NCBI GenBank assembly: GCA_963755865.1
Contig: CAVWLY010000027.1
Span: 16,649 to 80,648 of the forward strand
DNA length: 64,000 nucleotides
Direction of reading: 5' to 3'
From: an uncultured Acidobacteriaceae bacterium
Lineage (GTDB): Bacteria; Acidobacteriota; Terriglobia; Terriglobales; Acidobacteriaceae
This document shows, piece by piece, positions 49,449-59,368 of this stretch. Below the pieces are notes generated by a model. That model ran no database searches. It was not told where the DNA came from and saw only the letters and a program-made list of their open reading frames with translations. Position numbers and translations under genes: made by a program. Position 1 is the stretch's first letter, and each line of letters opens with the position of its first letter.

Positions 49449-51434
49449 ATGTCGTCGAGATCCTCAAGCCCGGCCTCTACCGCCGCGCGTTTGCCGTCGC
49501 TGTACCAGTTCTTCGGTCCGGGGGGGGTGCTGGCGCGCACGCATCCAGCGTACGAGTTTCGCCGGGGTCAGCTACAGATGGCCGAGGCCGTCGAGCAAGC
49601 TTTGACGGAGCGCCGTCATCTGATCGTGGAGGCTGGCACCGGCACCGGCAAGACGTTGGCGTACCTGCTGCCCGTAATTCGCTCCGGCAAACGCGTCATC
49701 ATCTCCACCGGCACCAAAACCTTGCAGGAACAGCTCTACTTCAAAGACGTTCCGTTCCTGCGCGAGCATCTCGGTGAGCTGCGTGTGTGCTACATGAAAG
49801 GCCGCGGCAACTATCTGTGCCGCAAGAAGCTCTATGACCTCACCGACCAGCCCGTACTGAATGGACTTGAGGAGATCAATCAGTTCCGCATCATTAGCGA
49901 CTGGGAGAAAACCACCGAAAGCGGCGACCGCGCTGAGCTGGCCGACCTGCCGGAGAACAGCCATCTCTGGCCCAAGCTTGACGCGCGTACCGACCGCTGC
50001 ATTGGCTCGCAGTGCCAGCAGTTCGACCGCTGCTTCATCACCGAGATGCGCCGCCGTGCCGCTGAGAGCGACATCGTCATCGTCAACCATCACCTGTTCT
50101 GCGCTGACTTGGCGATCAAGGCCGCTAAAGATCACGCGCCCGATGCCGGTGTACTGCCCGACGCCGGCATCGTTGTCTTCGATGAAGCTCACGAGCTGGA
50201 AGACATTGCCGCCGATTACTTTGGCGTTACCGTATCCAATCTACGCGTGGATGAATTGCTGCGCGATGTCGAACATACCTTGCGGCGGGTAGATGTCCCG
50301 CTCGCCGATATTGTTCACGTGTGTCATGGCATCAAGGACCGCTCGCAATTCTTCTTCTCGTTGCTGCCGCCGGGTGAGGGCCGTTTCGCCTTCGAGAACC
50401 GTCAGGAATTCCTGGAGGAAAACGGCGACGAGTATCTTGGCCTGCAAAATTCGCTAGTGCATCTGTACACCGAGCTGCAAGCCATTCCAAACAAGCCTGA
50501 CGAAGTCCACGCGCTATCGCGTCGAGTGGAAGAGCTCCGCGTAAATCTGGGGTTCATCCTGGAGGCCGAGCAGCGCAATACGGTCTTTTGGATTGAACGT
50601 CGCGGTGATCGACAGGGCAGACGCAGCACGCAACACAACGTATTTCTGCAAGCCACGCCAATCACAGTGTCAGATATCCTGCGCACCACGCTATTTGAGC
50701 ACCTGGACTCGGCGGTGCTGACCTCGGCGACGCTCGCGGTCGCCGGAGGCTTCGAGTACATCCGCAACCGAGTCGGCATCGAACACGCCCGCGAACTGAT
50801 AGTTCAGTCGCACTTCGACTATGAGAGCCAGGCGCTGCTTTATGTCCCGCCCGATCTGCCCGACCCACGGGCGCCGCAGTTCGTTGAGTGTGCGGCGCAA
50901 CGCGTCAAGCAGCTATTGGAGATCACGCGCGGGCGCGCCTTCTGTCTGTTCACAAGCTACGCCTTGATGCATCAACTGTATGAGCGATTGCTGGGCGACT
51001 TGGAGTTTCCCATGCTGTTGCAAGGCAGTGCGCCCAAGAATGCGCTGCTGGAGGAATTCCGGCTGACGCCGAATGCCGTCTTGTTTGCGACCTCGTCATT
51101 TTGGCAAGGGGTTGACGTGCAGGGCGAGCAGCTCAGTTGCGTCATCATCGACCGGCTACCGTTCGCGGTTCCCAATGATCCCGTCGTCGCTGCACGAATC
51201 AAAGCCATCGATGAAGAAGGCGGCAATGCCTTCTTCCAGTACCAGGTACCCGGCGCCGCCCTTGCACTTAAGCAAGGATTCGGCCGGCTGATTCGTTCGT
51301 TGCACGACCGCGGCCTGCTCTGCCTGCTCGACAATCGCATCTTGAAGAAGCAGTACGGGCGCGTCTTCCTCGACAGCCTGCCGAAGTACGGGCGGACGAC
51401 GGATGTTAAGGACGTGGAAAGGTTTCTTATTTGA
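49449..51434 (+). CDS. dinG: ATP-dependent DNA helicase, DinG/XPD (Rad3) family with Fe-S domain
   Basis: EAGTGTGKTLAYLLP (Walker A), DEAHELED (DEAH), four Cys (CYMKGRGNYLC...CIGSQCQQFDRC), and a C-terminal FATSSFWQGVDV...LPF. Confidence 0.88.
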   Translation: MSSRSSSPASTAARLPSLYQFFGPGGVLARTHPAYEFRRGQLQMAEAVEQALTERRHLIVEAGTGTGKTLAYLLPVIRSGKRVIISTGTKTLQEQLYFKDVPFLREHLGELRVCYMKGRGNYLCRKKLYDLTDQPVLNGLEEINQFRIISDWEKTTESGDRAELADLPENSHLWPKLDARTDRCIGSQCQQFDRCFITEMRRRAAESDIVIVNHHLFCADLAIKAAKDHAPDAGVLPDAGIVVFDEAHELEDIAADYFGVTVSNLRVDELLRDVEHTLRRVDVPLADIVHVCHGIKDRSQFFFSLLPPGEGRFAFENRQEFLEENGDEYLGLQNSLVHLYTELQAIPNKPDEVHALSRRVEELRVNLGFILEAEQRNTVFWIERRGDRQGRRSTQHNVFLQATPITVSDILRTTLFEHLDSAVLTSATLAVAGGFEYIRNRVGIEHARELIVQSHFDYESQALLYVPPDLPDPRAPQFVECAAQRVKQLLEITRGRAFCLFTSYALMHQLYERLLGDLEFPMLLQGSAPKNALLEEFRLTPNAVLFATSSFWQGVDVQGEQLSCVIIDRLPFAVPNDPVVAARIKAIDEEGGNAFFQYQVPGAALALKQGFGRLIRSLHDRGLLCLLDNRILKKQYGRVFLDSLPKYGRTTDVKDVERFLI

Positions 51435-51700
51435 GAATCGCGCCGCATACATCGCAAAAACATAAATAAGGGCCGTGCTCACATGCATAGCCACACTTTT
51501 GACAACGGCCGCTTCCCTGCCAATCAAATTCGTGCGAACACTTAGGGTATTCCTCAGTTCAGCTATCCTCCGGCATAGATAGTTGCCTCTTGCGGCGTTC
51601 CTACACCCATTCTGTCCGAGAACAACGATTGAGGGCCCAAACACGCTAAAATAATATCTTCGCTGTAACTCGCCTATTTGCGCTGTTACGGCCGGAGCCC

Positions 51701-52078
51701 ATGTTCGAAGTTACTGTTGAAGATACCTTTTCCGCGGGACACTACCTGCGCAACTATCACGGCAAGTGCGAGAAGCCCCACGGGCACAACTACCGGGTTC
51801 GCGTCACCCTGAGCGGCGAGACTCTCGATCATGCCGGCCTGCTGCTGGACTTTAAGGACCTGAAGGACGTCCTGCGTCCGGTGATGAATTATCTCGATCA
51901 TCAGATGATGAATGAGTTGGAACCATTCACCACCATCAATCCTTCGGCGGAGAACCTGGCCAAGTATTTCTACGACGAGACCAACTCCCGGTTGAAGCTC
52001 GGTACCAATGGCCGGGTTCGTGTGAAGGACGTCACCATCTGGGAGACCGACACCACGACGGCGCGATACAGCGAGTAG
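51701..52078 (+). CDS. queD: 6-carboxy-5,6,7,8-tetrahydropterin synthase
   Basis: FSAGHYLRNYHGKCEKPHGHNYRV, the PTPS/QueD signature. Confidence 0.9.
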   Translation: MFEVTVEDTFSAGHYLRNYHGKCEKPHGHNYRVRVTLSGETLDHAGLLLDFKDLKDVLRPVMNYLDHQMMNELEPFTTINPSAENLAKYFYDETNSRLKLGTNGRVRVKDVTIWETDTTTARYSE

Positions 52079-52080
52079 GC

Positions 52081-52107
52081 GGGGCTGAAGCCGTGCCCCT
52101 TCAAAGC
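52081..52107 (+). repeat. REP-like element (GCTGAAGCCGTGCCCCTTCAAAG family)
   Basis: GGGGCTGAAGCCGTGCCCCTTCAAAGC in the queD-queE spacer. Confidence 0.6.
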
Positions 52108-52138
52108 ACTCTTCTCGAAGGTGCCGCTAGTACCAGCC

Positions 52139-52819
52139 ATGCAGATTATCGAGATCTACAAATCGCTGCAGGGTGAATCCTCCTACACCGGGCTGCCGTG
52201 CGTGTTCGTGCGCCTGGCCGGATGCAATCTGCGCTGCACCTGGTGCGATAGCGAATACACCTTCAAAGGCGGCCAGCGCATGACCCTCGAAGAAATCGAA
52301 GCCGAGGTGCATACCCTCTTGCCGGACGGTGGCTTGGTGGAGATTACCGGAGGCGAGCCGCTGTTGCAGGAGCGAGAAGCGGTCGCCCTGATGGACCGGC
52401 TGCTTCCCCGCTATACCGTCCTGCTGGAGACCAGTGGTGAGCGGGCCTTGGATCGGGTTCCCCCCGCAGTGGTCAAGATCGTTGACGTAAAATGTCCTGA
52501 CTCGGGCGAGCCTGATACATTCCGCATCGAAAACCTTGACGCGCTGACCCGCCAGGATGAGGTAAAGTTTGTGATCGCCAGCCGCGCAGATTACGAATTC
52601 GCGCGTGAATTCATCTGGCAGCATAAGCTGAATGTGTGCGTCGGAACTGTGATCCTGTCCCCCGCATTTCGCAAGGACGCAACCGGGAGCCGCGATGTCT
52701 CGCACTGTATGGTTGATCCGCAGCACCTGGCGGAATGGATGCTGGCTGACGGGCTCAAGGCACGCCTGGGGCTGCAAATTCACAAGTTCATTTGGGAGCC
52801 CTCGCTGAAGGGGGTTTAG
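52139..52819 (+). CDS. queE: 7-carboxy-7-deazaguanine synthase (radical SAM)
   Basis: MQIIEIYKSLQGESSYTGLPCVFVRLAGCNLRCTWCDS. An alternative GTG start lies at 52121. Confidence 0.9.
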   Translation: MQIIEIYKSLQGESSYTGLPCVFVRLAGCNLRCTWCDSEYTFKGGQRMTLEEIEAEVHTLLPDGGLVEITGGEPLLQEREAVALMDRLLPRYTVLLETSGERALDRVPPAVVKIVDVKCPDSGEPDTFRIENLDALTRQDEVKFVIASRADYEFAREFIWQHKLNVCVGTVILSPAFRKDATGSRDVSHCMVDPQHLAEWMLADGLKARLGLQIHKFIWEPSLKGV

Positions 52820-52833
52820 CAACCGGAATCGCT

Positions 52834-53529
52834 ATGCACGATCAGGCACAGGTGGTGGTGGCGCTCAGCGGAGGTATGGACTCCTGCGTCTGCGCGGCTC
52901 TGGCAGTGCGCGACTTCGGAGCCTCCGCTACCGCTGCTCTGCACGTCAGCTACGGGCAACGCACCGAAGCCCGGGAATTGGCTTCGTTTCAGGCGATTTG
53001 CGACCGGCTCCAGATTCCCCGGCGTCTCAGCGTTCGTACGCCGTTCTTTCGCGCGATTGGCGGCTCCGCCCTGACCGACGACAAAATCTGCATTCCCGAT
53101 GCCGGTCCGGAGATTGGCGCGCACATACCCGTCACTTACGTTCCCTTTCGCAATGCGCACTTCCTGTCAGCGGCCGTGAGCTGGGCCGAGGTGCTGGGCG
53201 CGACCACAATCTTCATCGGGGCCGTACAGCAGGATAGCTCTGGGTATCCCGATTGCCGTCCCGAGTTCTACCAGGCATTCAACCAACTAATCCGTGCGGG
53301 CACCAAGGAAGGAAAAATTCGCGTCGAAACCCCCTTGATCGCGCTGCGAAAGGCCCAGATTGTGACGCTTGGCCTTGAACTGAACGCTCCCTTCCATTTA
53401 ACTTGGTCATGCTACGGCGCGGAAGACCAGGCTTGCGGCACCTGCGAGAGTTGCGTGTTGCGGCTAAAGGCCTTCACTGCGGCGGGTGCGGTTGATCCCA
53501 TTTCTTATGCGTCGCAAACCGCGGTTTAA
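52834..53529 (+). CDS. queC: 7-cyano-7-deazaguanine synthase
   Basis: VVALSGGMDSCVCAA (PP-loop) and a C-terminal CYGAEDQACGTCESCVLR zinc site. Confidence 0.92.
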   Translation: MHDQAQVVVALSGGMDSCVCAALAVRDFGASATAALHVSYGQRTEARELASFQAICDRLQIPRRLSVRTPFFRAIGGSALTDDKICIPDAGPEIGAHIPVTYVPFRNAHFLSAAVSWAEVLGATTIFIGAVQQDSSGYPDCRPEFYQAFNQLIRAGTKEGKIRVETPLIALRKAQIVTLGLELNAPFHLTWSCYGAEDQACGTCESCVLRLKAFTAAGAVDPISYASQTAV

Positions 53530-53594
53530 TTTCGCAGTTCATAATCCTGGTTGTAGTAAAGAAGTCATCATTCAGAGTCATGGTTGGAGGAAAA

Positions 53595-54659
53595 ATGAAG
53601 AAACATATTTCCTTGGTCATATTGCTGACGTTCTTGGTGGGCATCTGCGCTGCTCCGGTGTGGGCGCAGTTCACCGGTACAGTTAAAGGCACTGCCAAGG
53701 ACGACAACGAAAAGCCGATCGCAGGCGCTACCGTAGAGCTCAACAATCTCGAAAACGGAGCGAAAGTCACTCTGAAGACCAACGCCAAGGGTGAGTATTT
53801 TTCGATCGGAGTGGCCCCGGGCACCTACAAGTTCAATCTGATCCAGGACGGCAAGGTAATCGACTTTTATGACAAAGTGCCGGTCCAGGCCGGTGCGGAG
53901 CGGGAGATCAATTTCGACCTTGCTAAAGAAAAAAAGCAAGCGGCACAACAGGCCGGCATTACTCCAGAGCAGCAGGCAAAGATTGCGGAAGCGCAAAAGC
54001 AGAATGAAACCATCAAGGGCCTGAACGCGCAGTTAGCTCAGGCCAGAGATTTGCAAAAGGCCGGCAACTACGACCAAGCCATTGCACTTCTGCAGCCAAC
54101 CGCGCAAGCGAACCCTACCCAGGACCTGCTTTGGGCGAACTTGGGCGAGTCGCAACTCGGCGCCAAGAAATATACCGACGCGGTTGACTCGTATCAGAAG
54201 GCCATTGCGCTCAAGCCGACCTCCGGTCCTTACCACAGCGGACTGGCTGATGCCTACGCGCGCTCGGGCCAAACCGACAAAGCCGTGCAGGAATGGAGTA
54301 CGGCCGCGCAGGACGATCCCACCAATGCCGGGTCGTATTACTTCAACGAAGGCGCTGTGTTCACCAACACCGGCAAGATGGACGAAGCCATCGCTGCCTT
54401 TGACAAGTCGCTGCAGGCCGATCCCAATCGCGCCGATTCCTACTACTGGAAGGGAATCGCCCTGATGGGTAAGGCCACAACCAAGGGCGACAAGATGGTT
54501 GCTCCCGAAGGCACAGCCGAGGCGTTCAACAAGTATCTGGAATTGCAGCCCACGGGCAAGTACGCCGACCCCGCCAAACAGATGTTGGCTACCATTGGCG
54601 CCTCGGTCGAAACCAGCTACGGAAAGAGTAAGACGCCTCCAAAGAAGAAGCCGAACTAA
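53595..54659 (+). CDS. Secreted protein with a carboxypeptidase-regulatory-like domain and TPR repeats
   Basis: Signal peptide, TGTVKGTAKDDNEKPIAGATVEL...GEYFSIGVAPGTYKF (CarboxypepD_reg-like), then TPR units. Confidence 0.7.
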   Translation: MKKHISLVILLTFLVGICAAPVWAQFTGTVKGTAKDDNEKPIAGATVELNNLENGAKVTLKTNAKGEYFSIGVAPGTYKFNLIQDGKVIDFYDKVPVQAGAEREINFDLAKEKKQAAQQAGITPEQQAKIAEAQKQNETIKGLNAQLAQARDLQKAGNYDQAIALLQPTAQANPTQDLLWANLGESQLGAKKYTDAVDSYQKAIALKPTSGPYHSGLADAYARSGQTDKAVQEWSTAAQDDPTNAGSYYFNEGAVFTNTGKMDEAIAAFDKSLQADPNRADSYYWKGIALMGKATTKGDKMVAPEGTAEAFNKYLELQPTGKYADPAKQMLATIGASVETSYGKSKTPPKKKPN

Positions 54660-54786
54660 GATTCAACTGGCACGAAGCCGACCCAGGTGCGTCATTGATC
54701 GGCGCACTTGGGGGTAAGGCTCAGATCCCTACCGCCCAACCCTCCTCGCCTCGCGCTAAAATATCCCTTCGCACCCGGAGACCCTC

Positions 54787-56004
54787 ATGCCAACCACTAC
54801 CACCCGCACCAACCCGCTCTCCTACCTCACCGACCAACTGAACGAACTCAAGCAGAAGGGCACCTACTTCAAGTTGCGCGTACTCGACGATGAGCAGGCG
54901 CCGGTATGCACCTTTGACGGCAAGAAGGTCATCAACCTCGCCTCCAACAATTATCTCGGCCTGACGACGCATCCTAAGCTGCGCGAAGCCGCCCTTGAGG
55001 CCACCAAGAAATACGGCGTAGGATCGGGCGCAGTGCGCACTATCGCCGGCACCATGAAGATCCACATGGAACTGGAGGAGAAGATTGCGCGCTTCAAGAA
55101 CGTCGAAGCCTGCGTGGTCTTCCAGTCGGGATTTACGGCCAATGCGGGAACGGTATCGGCGCTGCTGGGCAAAGAAGATTTCATCATCTCCGACGAGCTG
55201 AACCACGCCAGCATCATCGACGGCGCGCGCCTGTCTCGCGCCAAGATCAAGGTCTTCCGCCACAAGGACGCCGCCCACGCCGAAGAGCTGCTGAACGAAA
55301 TCAAGAATGAGCCGTGCCGCAAGCTCGTTATCACCGACGGCGTCTTCTCCATGGACGGCGACCTTGGTGCGCTGCCGCAACTCGCAGACCTCGCGGAAAA
55401 ATACGGCGCCATCATGATGGTGGATGACGCCCACTCGTCGGGCGTGCTAGGTCGCAATGGACGCGGCACTATCGACCACTTCAAGCTGCACGGCCGGGTC
55501 GACGTACAGGTGGGCACGCTGTCGAAAGCCATCGGCGCGCTGGGCGGATACGTTTGCGGCACGCGCGATCTCATCGAGTTCCTCTACCATCGCGGGCGGC
55601 CGTTCCTGTTCTCCACGTCGCATCCGCCGTCCGTCGCGGCCACCTGCATCGCTGCCTTCGACGTACTGGAGCAGGAGCCCGAGCGCATCGAACAGCTGTG
55701 GGAGAACACGCGCTACTGGAAGAAAGAGCTCGGCAGCCTCGGCTTCAACATCGGCGGAGTGAACACGCCTGCTAGCGAGACGCCGATCACGCCGATCATC
55801 ATCGGTGACGGAAAGCTCACCATGGATTTCTCGCGCGAGCTGTTCAAAGACGGCGTCATGGGCACGGGCATTGCCTTCCCTACGGTGCCCGAGGGCAAGG
55901 CGCGTATCCGCACCATCATGACCGCGACCCATACGCGCGCGGAACTCGATCAGGCGCTGGAAACACTGAAGCGGGTCGGCAAGCGCATGGGGATTCTGGG
56001 GTGA
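54787..56004 (+). CDS. kbl: Glycine C-acetyltransferase (2-amino-3-ketobutyrate CoA ligase) / alpha-oxoamine synthase family
   Basis: NNYLGLTTHPKL..., SGAVRTIAGT, VDDAHSSG and GTLSKA (PLP Lys) motifs. Confidence 0.85.
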   Translation: MPTTTTRTNPLSYLTDQLNELKQKGTYFKLRVLDDEQAPVCTFDGKKVINLASNNYLGLTTHPKLREAALEATKKYGVGSGAVRTIAGTMKIHMELEEKIARFKNVEACVVFQSGFTANAGTVSALLGKEDFIISDELNHASIIDGARLSRAKIKVFRHKDAAHAEELLNEIKNEPCRKLVITDGVFSMDGDLGALPQLADLAEKYGAIMMVDDAHSSGVLGRNGRGTIDHFKLHGRVDVQVGTLSKAIGALGGYVCGTRDLIEFLYHRGRPFLFSTSHPPSVAATCIAAFDVLEQEPERIEQLWENTRYWKKELGSLGFNIGGVNTPASETPITPIIIGDGKLTMDFSRELFKDGVMGTGIAFPTVPEGKARIRTIMTATHTRAELDQALETLKRVGKRMGILG

Positions 56005-56030
56005 GGGTTCGGAATCGATGAAGTTTGGAT

Positions 56031-56058
56031 CTTGAAGGGGCACGGCTTCAGGCGTGCC
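56031..56058 (-). repeat. REP-like element (reverse orientation copy)
   Basis: CTTGAAGGGGCACGGCTTCAGGCGTGCC, whose reverse complement is GGCACGCCTGAAGCCGTGCCCCTTCAAG. Confidence 0.6.
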
Positions 56059-56167
56059 GGGAAGGTGTGGCATGAATTCGGATTTAGCCGCTGAGGGGCT
56101 TGACCTTTCAGGCCAGCCGTCTGGGCTAAACCCCGATTCTTTTCCGTCGACGGGCACAGCTGAAACT

Positions 56168-56617
56168 ATGTCCCTTCAACTCCGCTGGAGCGGATGGGCG
56201 CTCCTCCCCTTGGCATTCGTGGCCGCTGTCGTTGCTGCTCCCTACCTCCTGAACCACGGTTTCCCGGCGATTGGGTTCGGGTTGTATCGCGGCTTCGCAA
56301 TTGTCTGCCATCAGCGGCCTGAGCGCTCCTTCTGGATCTTTGGTGGGACGGTCGCTGTGTGCTCGCGCTGTCTGGGAATCTATCTGGGCGCAGCCGCGGG
56401 CCTGCTCTTTCGCAGCTCGCGCAGAATTGCTTTGCGTTTGCTCATCGCCGCCGCCACGCTCAATGTTCTCGACGCGGTGACGGAGTTGGCCGGCCTGCAC
56501 GGCAACTGGCTGGCAGTGCGATTCGTGCTCGGATGGGCGCTGGGCGCCACGATGGGGCTGCTCATTTCATCATCTCGAACTTCGTTCAGCCGCTCTCGGG
56601 TCCCATCTGCGAACTAA
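56168..56617 (+). CDS. DUF2085-family membrane protein
   Basis: VCHQRPERSFWIFGGTVAVCSRCLGIYLG, the DUF2085 signature, with 4 TM helices. Confidence 0.75.
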   Translation: MSLQLRWSGWALLPLAFVAAVVAAPYLLNHGFPAIGFGLYRGFAIVCHQRPERSFWIFGGTVAVCSRCLGIYLGAAAGLLFRSSRRIALRLLIAAATLNVLDAVTELAGLHGNWLAVRFVLGWALGATMGLLISSSRTSFSRSRVPSAN

Positions 56618-56631
56618 GGTAGAATGACCGG

Positions 56632-57567
56632 ATGCTTGGCCGCGGCGCCCACACTGCCATGACAGCCGACCCCGCTCGGCTATCCTCGAAACCATCGCGG
56701 GTCCGCCGCCTATGGCCTGTATTGTGGATCGGTTCCGCAGTGCTGGCCATTCTTGTGGCCGGACTTCTGCTCTACAACAATTATTCCCTGCGCAAGCAAT
56801 CGCGCGCGCAATTCGATGCGCAACTCGATGGCGCTCTGGAACGGGCAACGGTCTGGATAGTGGCTAATCGGGAGCTCTCGCTAAAAAACCCTTCGGTCAT
56901 GTACATGATCGCCGACATGGCGAAGTTGTCCGGCGATCCGCGGCTGCAACAGATGCTATTCGAATATCGCGCGTGGCTGCCGCATTCATCCGAGGCACTC
57001 GCTCCCTTCTGGCTCCGGCTGGTTGACCGCCAATCCCCATTGCCATTGATCTCGGCCCCCCCACGCCTACGTGGCCCGGGCGATGAAAGGCTTTGGGACG
57101 CGTATGCCATCGCCCCGGATTACGTTCAGCTCAGCGTTGCTGATCGTGACGATATGTTCTCTCCCACTAAGTACATCTGGGGAGCGCGTCATCACCAACT
57201 GCTGGCGCTGATCATGTATCGCGACTTCAACGGAAGTTATCCCAAACTCGACTCGACTATTAATTATCTGTCGGAAAAGATTGCGCGCGACGCGCACTAT
57301 GATTTCCGCGTAAGTGACTCCTACATTCAGCGGACTGCTTTTGTCCTGGCTGCGGGGCGGCCTGATCTGATTCGAAGCCGCTGGGTGGAGCGCATCCTGG
57401 AAAACCAAATGCCGGACGGCTCATGGAAGTATTGCTGGTATGGCTGGTGTCGCGGCGTCTTTGAGTTCAATCTCACCAACCCAGGCCATCCCACGGTACA
57501 GGCGGCCTGGGCACTCACCATGCTGAAGTATCGCTATCCGCAATGGATTGAAGAGCACTATCAATGA
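56632..57567 (+). CDS. Membrane-anchored hypothetical protein (311 aa)
   Basis: N-terminal TM anchor. The C-terminus has ENQMPDGSW, reminiscent of prenyltransferase or terpene-cyclase alpha-toroid repeats. The start lies 14 nt after the DUF2085 gene. Confidence 0.55.
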   Translation: MLGRGAHTAMTADPARLSSKPSRVRRLWPVLWIGSAVLAILVAGLLLYNNYSLRKQSRAQFDAQLDGALERATVWIVANRELSLKNPSVMYMIADMAKLSGDPRLQQMLFEYRAWLPHSSEALAPFWLRLVDRQSPLPLISAPPRLRGPGDERLWDAYAIAPDYVQLSVADRDDMFSPTKYIWGARHHQLLALIMYRDFNGSYPKLDSTINYLSEKIARDAHYDFRVSDSYIQRTAFVLAAGRPDLIRSRWVERILENQMPDGSWKYCWYGWCRGVFEFNLTNPGHPTVQAAWALTMLKYRYPQWIEEHYQ

Positions 57568-57582
57568 CTCGCAGCAGAGATG

Positions 57583-58962
57583 CTATGGAACCTGTGTTCC
57601 GCTGCTGCCACTCGATTCGTCAGGTGTGGCGCTGTACAGCTTCAGATTTTCCTTCTTCCACCGCATCGCTGCGTAGATTCGGTTGTAACCGCTGGGATGA
57701 TCGAAGAAGATGTACTCTTCGATCGGCCCAGGGTGCATCTTGCGATACTCGCCCAGGTGAATCGCGGCTTGGGCGAAACCATCCGGCTGGCGGCTGGCAT
57801 TCAAACCGTACATGTCAGCTTCGTATTCAGTGGTGCGGGTGTGCGTGTTAAGCAGCGGCGTCGCGACGAATCCAATGATGGAAACCAGCAGTATGACCAG
57901 CGGCACCACGGCGGTGTCGCCGATACCGCGGAGTTGCCACTTCTCTCCCCAGCGCTTCAGGCACAACTCCAGCGACCAACGCAGCAGCGCGAAGCACACC
58001 ACAATGAGCACGGTGAAGAACAACAGATCTTTAGGAATGTGGTTGAGGACATAATGCCCCATCTCGTGCCCCATGACCGATTCGATCTCTTCCGGCGAGC
58101 CCCGACGCAGCAAATTGTCGTTGATGGTGATACGCATGGTACTGCCGAAGCCGCTGACGTTGGCGCTCATGCGCGTCGTCTGCTTGGACGCATCCATAGT
58201 CCACACGTCTTTTGCAGGAATTCCATTCGCGCGCGCCAGGCTAAGGATGGGCGTCGTCACCTTGGGATCGTCAAGGCGGGTGACTTTGTTGAAGATGGGC
58301 ACGATGAAAACCGGCACAATCATCACTGCGAAGACCAGGAACACCGAGGTCACAACCGCTCCCCAGATCCACCAGGTGCGGGGCAGGCGTCGCACAATGC
58401 CGAACAGCAGCATGGCCAGGATTCCGCCCAGCACAATGCCAAGCATCAGCCCTTTGGTCTGGTCCCATGCCCATGGACCGAAGGTCTGAGTGGCCAGACC
58501 GTACTGGCGCTCGCGCGTGTATCCCTCATAAATCGCCAGTGGCGCGCCCAAGATAAACGTGACCACCGAATACTCGGCCCAGTAAATAAAAGTCTGCAAC
58601 GGCTTGAATCGGGTTATGCGCTCCGCCAGATTACGCATGGCCGCTGACCACCGAAGGTTCAGCAGCAGAAGCGCGATCACGGCCCCATAGAGAAAGTCCC
58701 ACAGGATGAGCCAATAGCCGCCTTCGAAATATGCATCGCTGCGCGCTTTGGAGCTGGCGGGGATACGCGCCATGTAAGCGTCGGTGGCCGCTTCCACGTT
58801 GAAGTTGGGGGAAGGCTGGGCTTCGGGCGGCACGGTCGTGACTGAAGGCATCTCGCTGGCTGCGTTGCCAGAGGCCGCTGCGGTTTGCGCCGGCGTAATG
58901 CTCAAACCCACACACAAGATCAGGACGGCCAGAACACAAGTAGCCCGCGTGCCGGAGAACAT
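57583..58962 (-). CDS. M48-family (Ste24/HtpX-like) zinc metallopeptidase
   Basis: HEMGHYVLNH (HExxH) and a downstream EYEAD. It is multi-TM. The start is taken at the internal Met (MFSGTRATCV...). Confidence 0.85.
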   Translation of the reverse strand: MFSGTRATCVLAVLILCVGLSITPAQTAAASGNAASEMPSVTTVPPEAQPSPNFNVEAATDAYMARIPASSKARSDAYFEGGYWLILWDFLYGAVIALLLLNLRWSAAMRNLAERITRFKPLQTFIYWAEYSVVTFILGAPLAIYEGYTRERQYGLATQTFGPWAWDQTKGLMLGIVLGGILAMLLFGIVRRLPRTWWIWGAVVTSVFLVFAVMIVPVFIVPIFNKVTRLDDPKVTTPILSLARANGIPAKDVWTMDASKQTTRMSANVSGFGSTMRITINDNLLRRGSPEEIESVMGHEMGHYVLNHIPKDLLFFTVLIVVCFALLRWSLELCLKRWGEKWQLRGIGDTAVVPLVILLVSIIGFVATPLLNTHTRTTEYEADMYGLNASRQPDGFAQAAIHLGEYRKMHPGPIEEYIFFDHPSGYNRIYAAMRWKKENLKLYSATPDESSGSSGTQVP

Positions 58963-59071
58963 GAATGTACCTCGTTGTAAAGTCGGTAGGAGTATATACG
59001 CGTGGAAGCAGCGAATTGTTTCACGCTCTTGGGTTTGCAAATTGAATCGCTGTAGAGCCGCGAAAGATTGA

Positions 59072-59368
59072 CTAGCCGCCGGCAATGGCCCCTATGATCA
59101 GAAAAGGCTCGGCACCCAACACGACGGCGTCGGGCAATGGGGCGTCCGGAGATTCGTGGGACAAGTCCTCTTCGCAGGCGAAGAAGCGCAAGAACGGCCG
59201 TCGCTGCTGCGTGACGTGGTCGCGGATGGTACCGCACAACATTGGATAGCGGGCTTCGAGTGCGTCGAGGACCGAGCGCTGCGTGACTCGGCCCTCAACT
59301 TCAAGTTGTACCTCGCTGTTAACCTTCGCCAGCGTCCGCAGGTGAGCGGGCAACACAACGCGAATCAT
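59072..59368 (-). CDS. MoaD/ThiS-family ubiquitin-like small protein ending in Gly-Gly
   Basis: 98 aa with a beta-grasp-like pattern and a C-terminal ...IIGAIAGG*. Its ATG overlaps the stop of the upstream gene (ATGA). Confidence 0.8.
   Translation of the reverse strand: MIRVVLPAHLRTLAKVNSEVQLEVEGRVTQRSVLDALEARYPMLCGTIRDHVTQQRRPFLRFFACEEDLSHESPDAPLPDAVVLGAEPFLIIGAIAGG

Noticed and set aside
51435-51700. Looked for a preQ1 riboswitch upstream of queD-queE-queC.
   Set aside because: I found no short P1 hairpin followed by the conserved CCC and A-rich ...AAAAACTA tail. The region only has an A-rich stretch (CTAAAATAATATC) without the stem.
52127-52822. 231-aa ORF exactly antisense to queE. Similar long antisense or shadow ORFs lie at 40543-41580 (clpB), 30075-31232 (add/permease), 57580-58647 (M48 peptidase), 1651-2544 (secD) and 47320-47988 (der).
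   Set aside because: Each lies opposite a gene with unambiguous conserved motifs. Their translations are Arg/Gly/His/Leu-rich with no recognisable domain, as expected for open antisense frames in GC-rich DNA.
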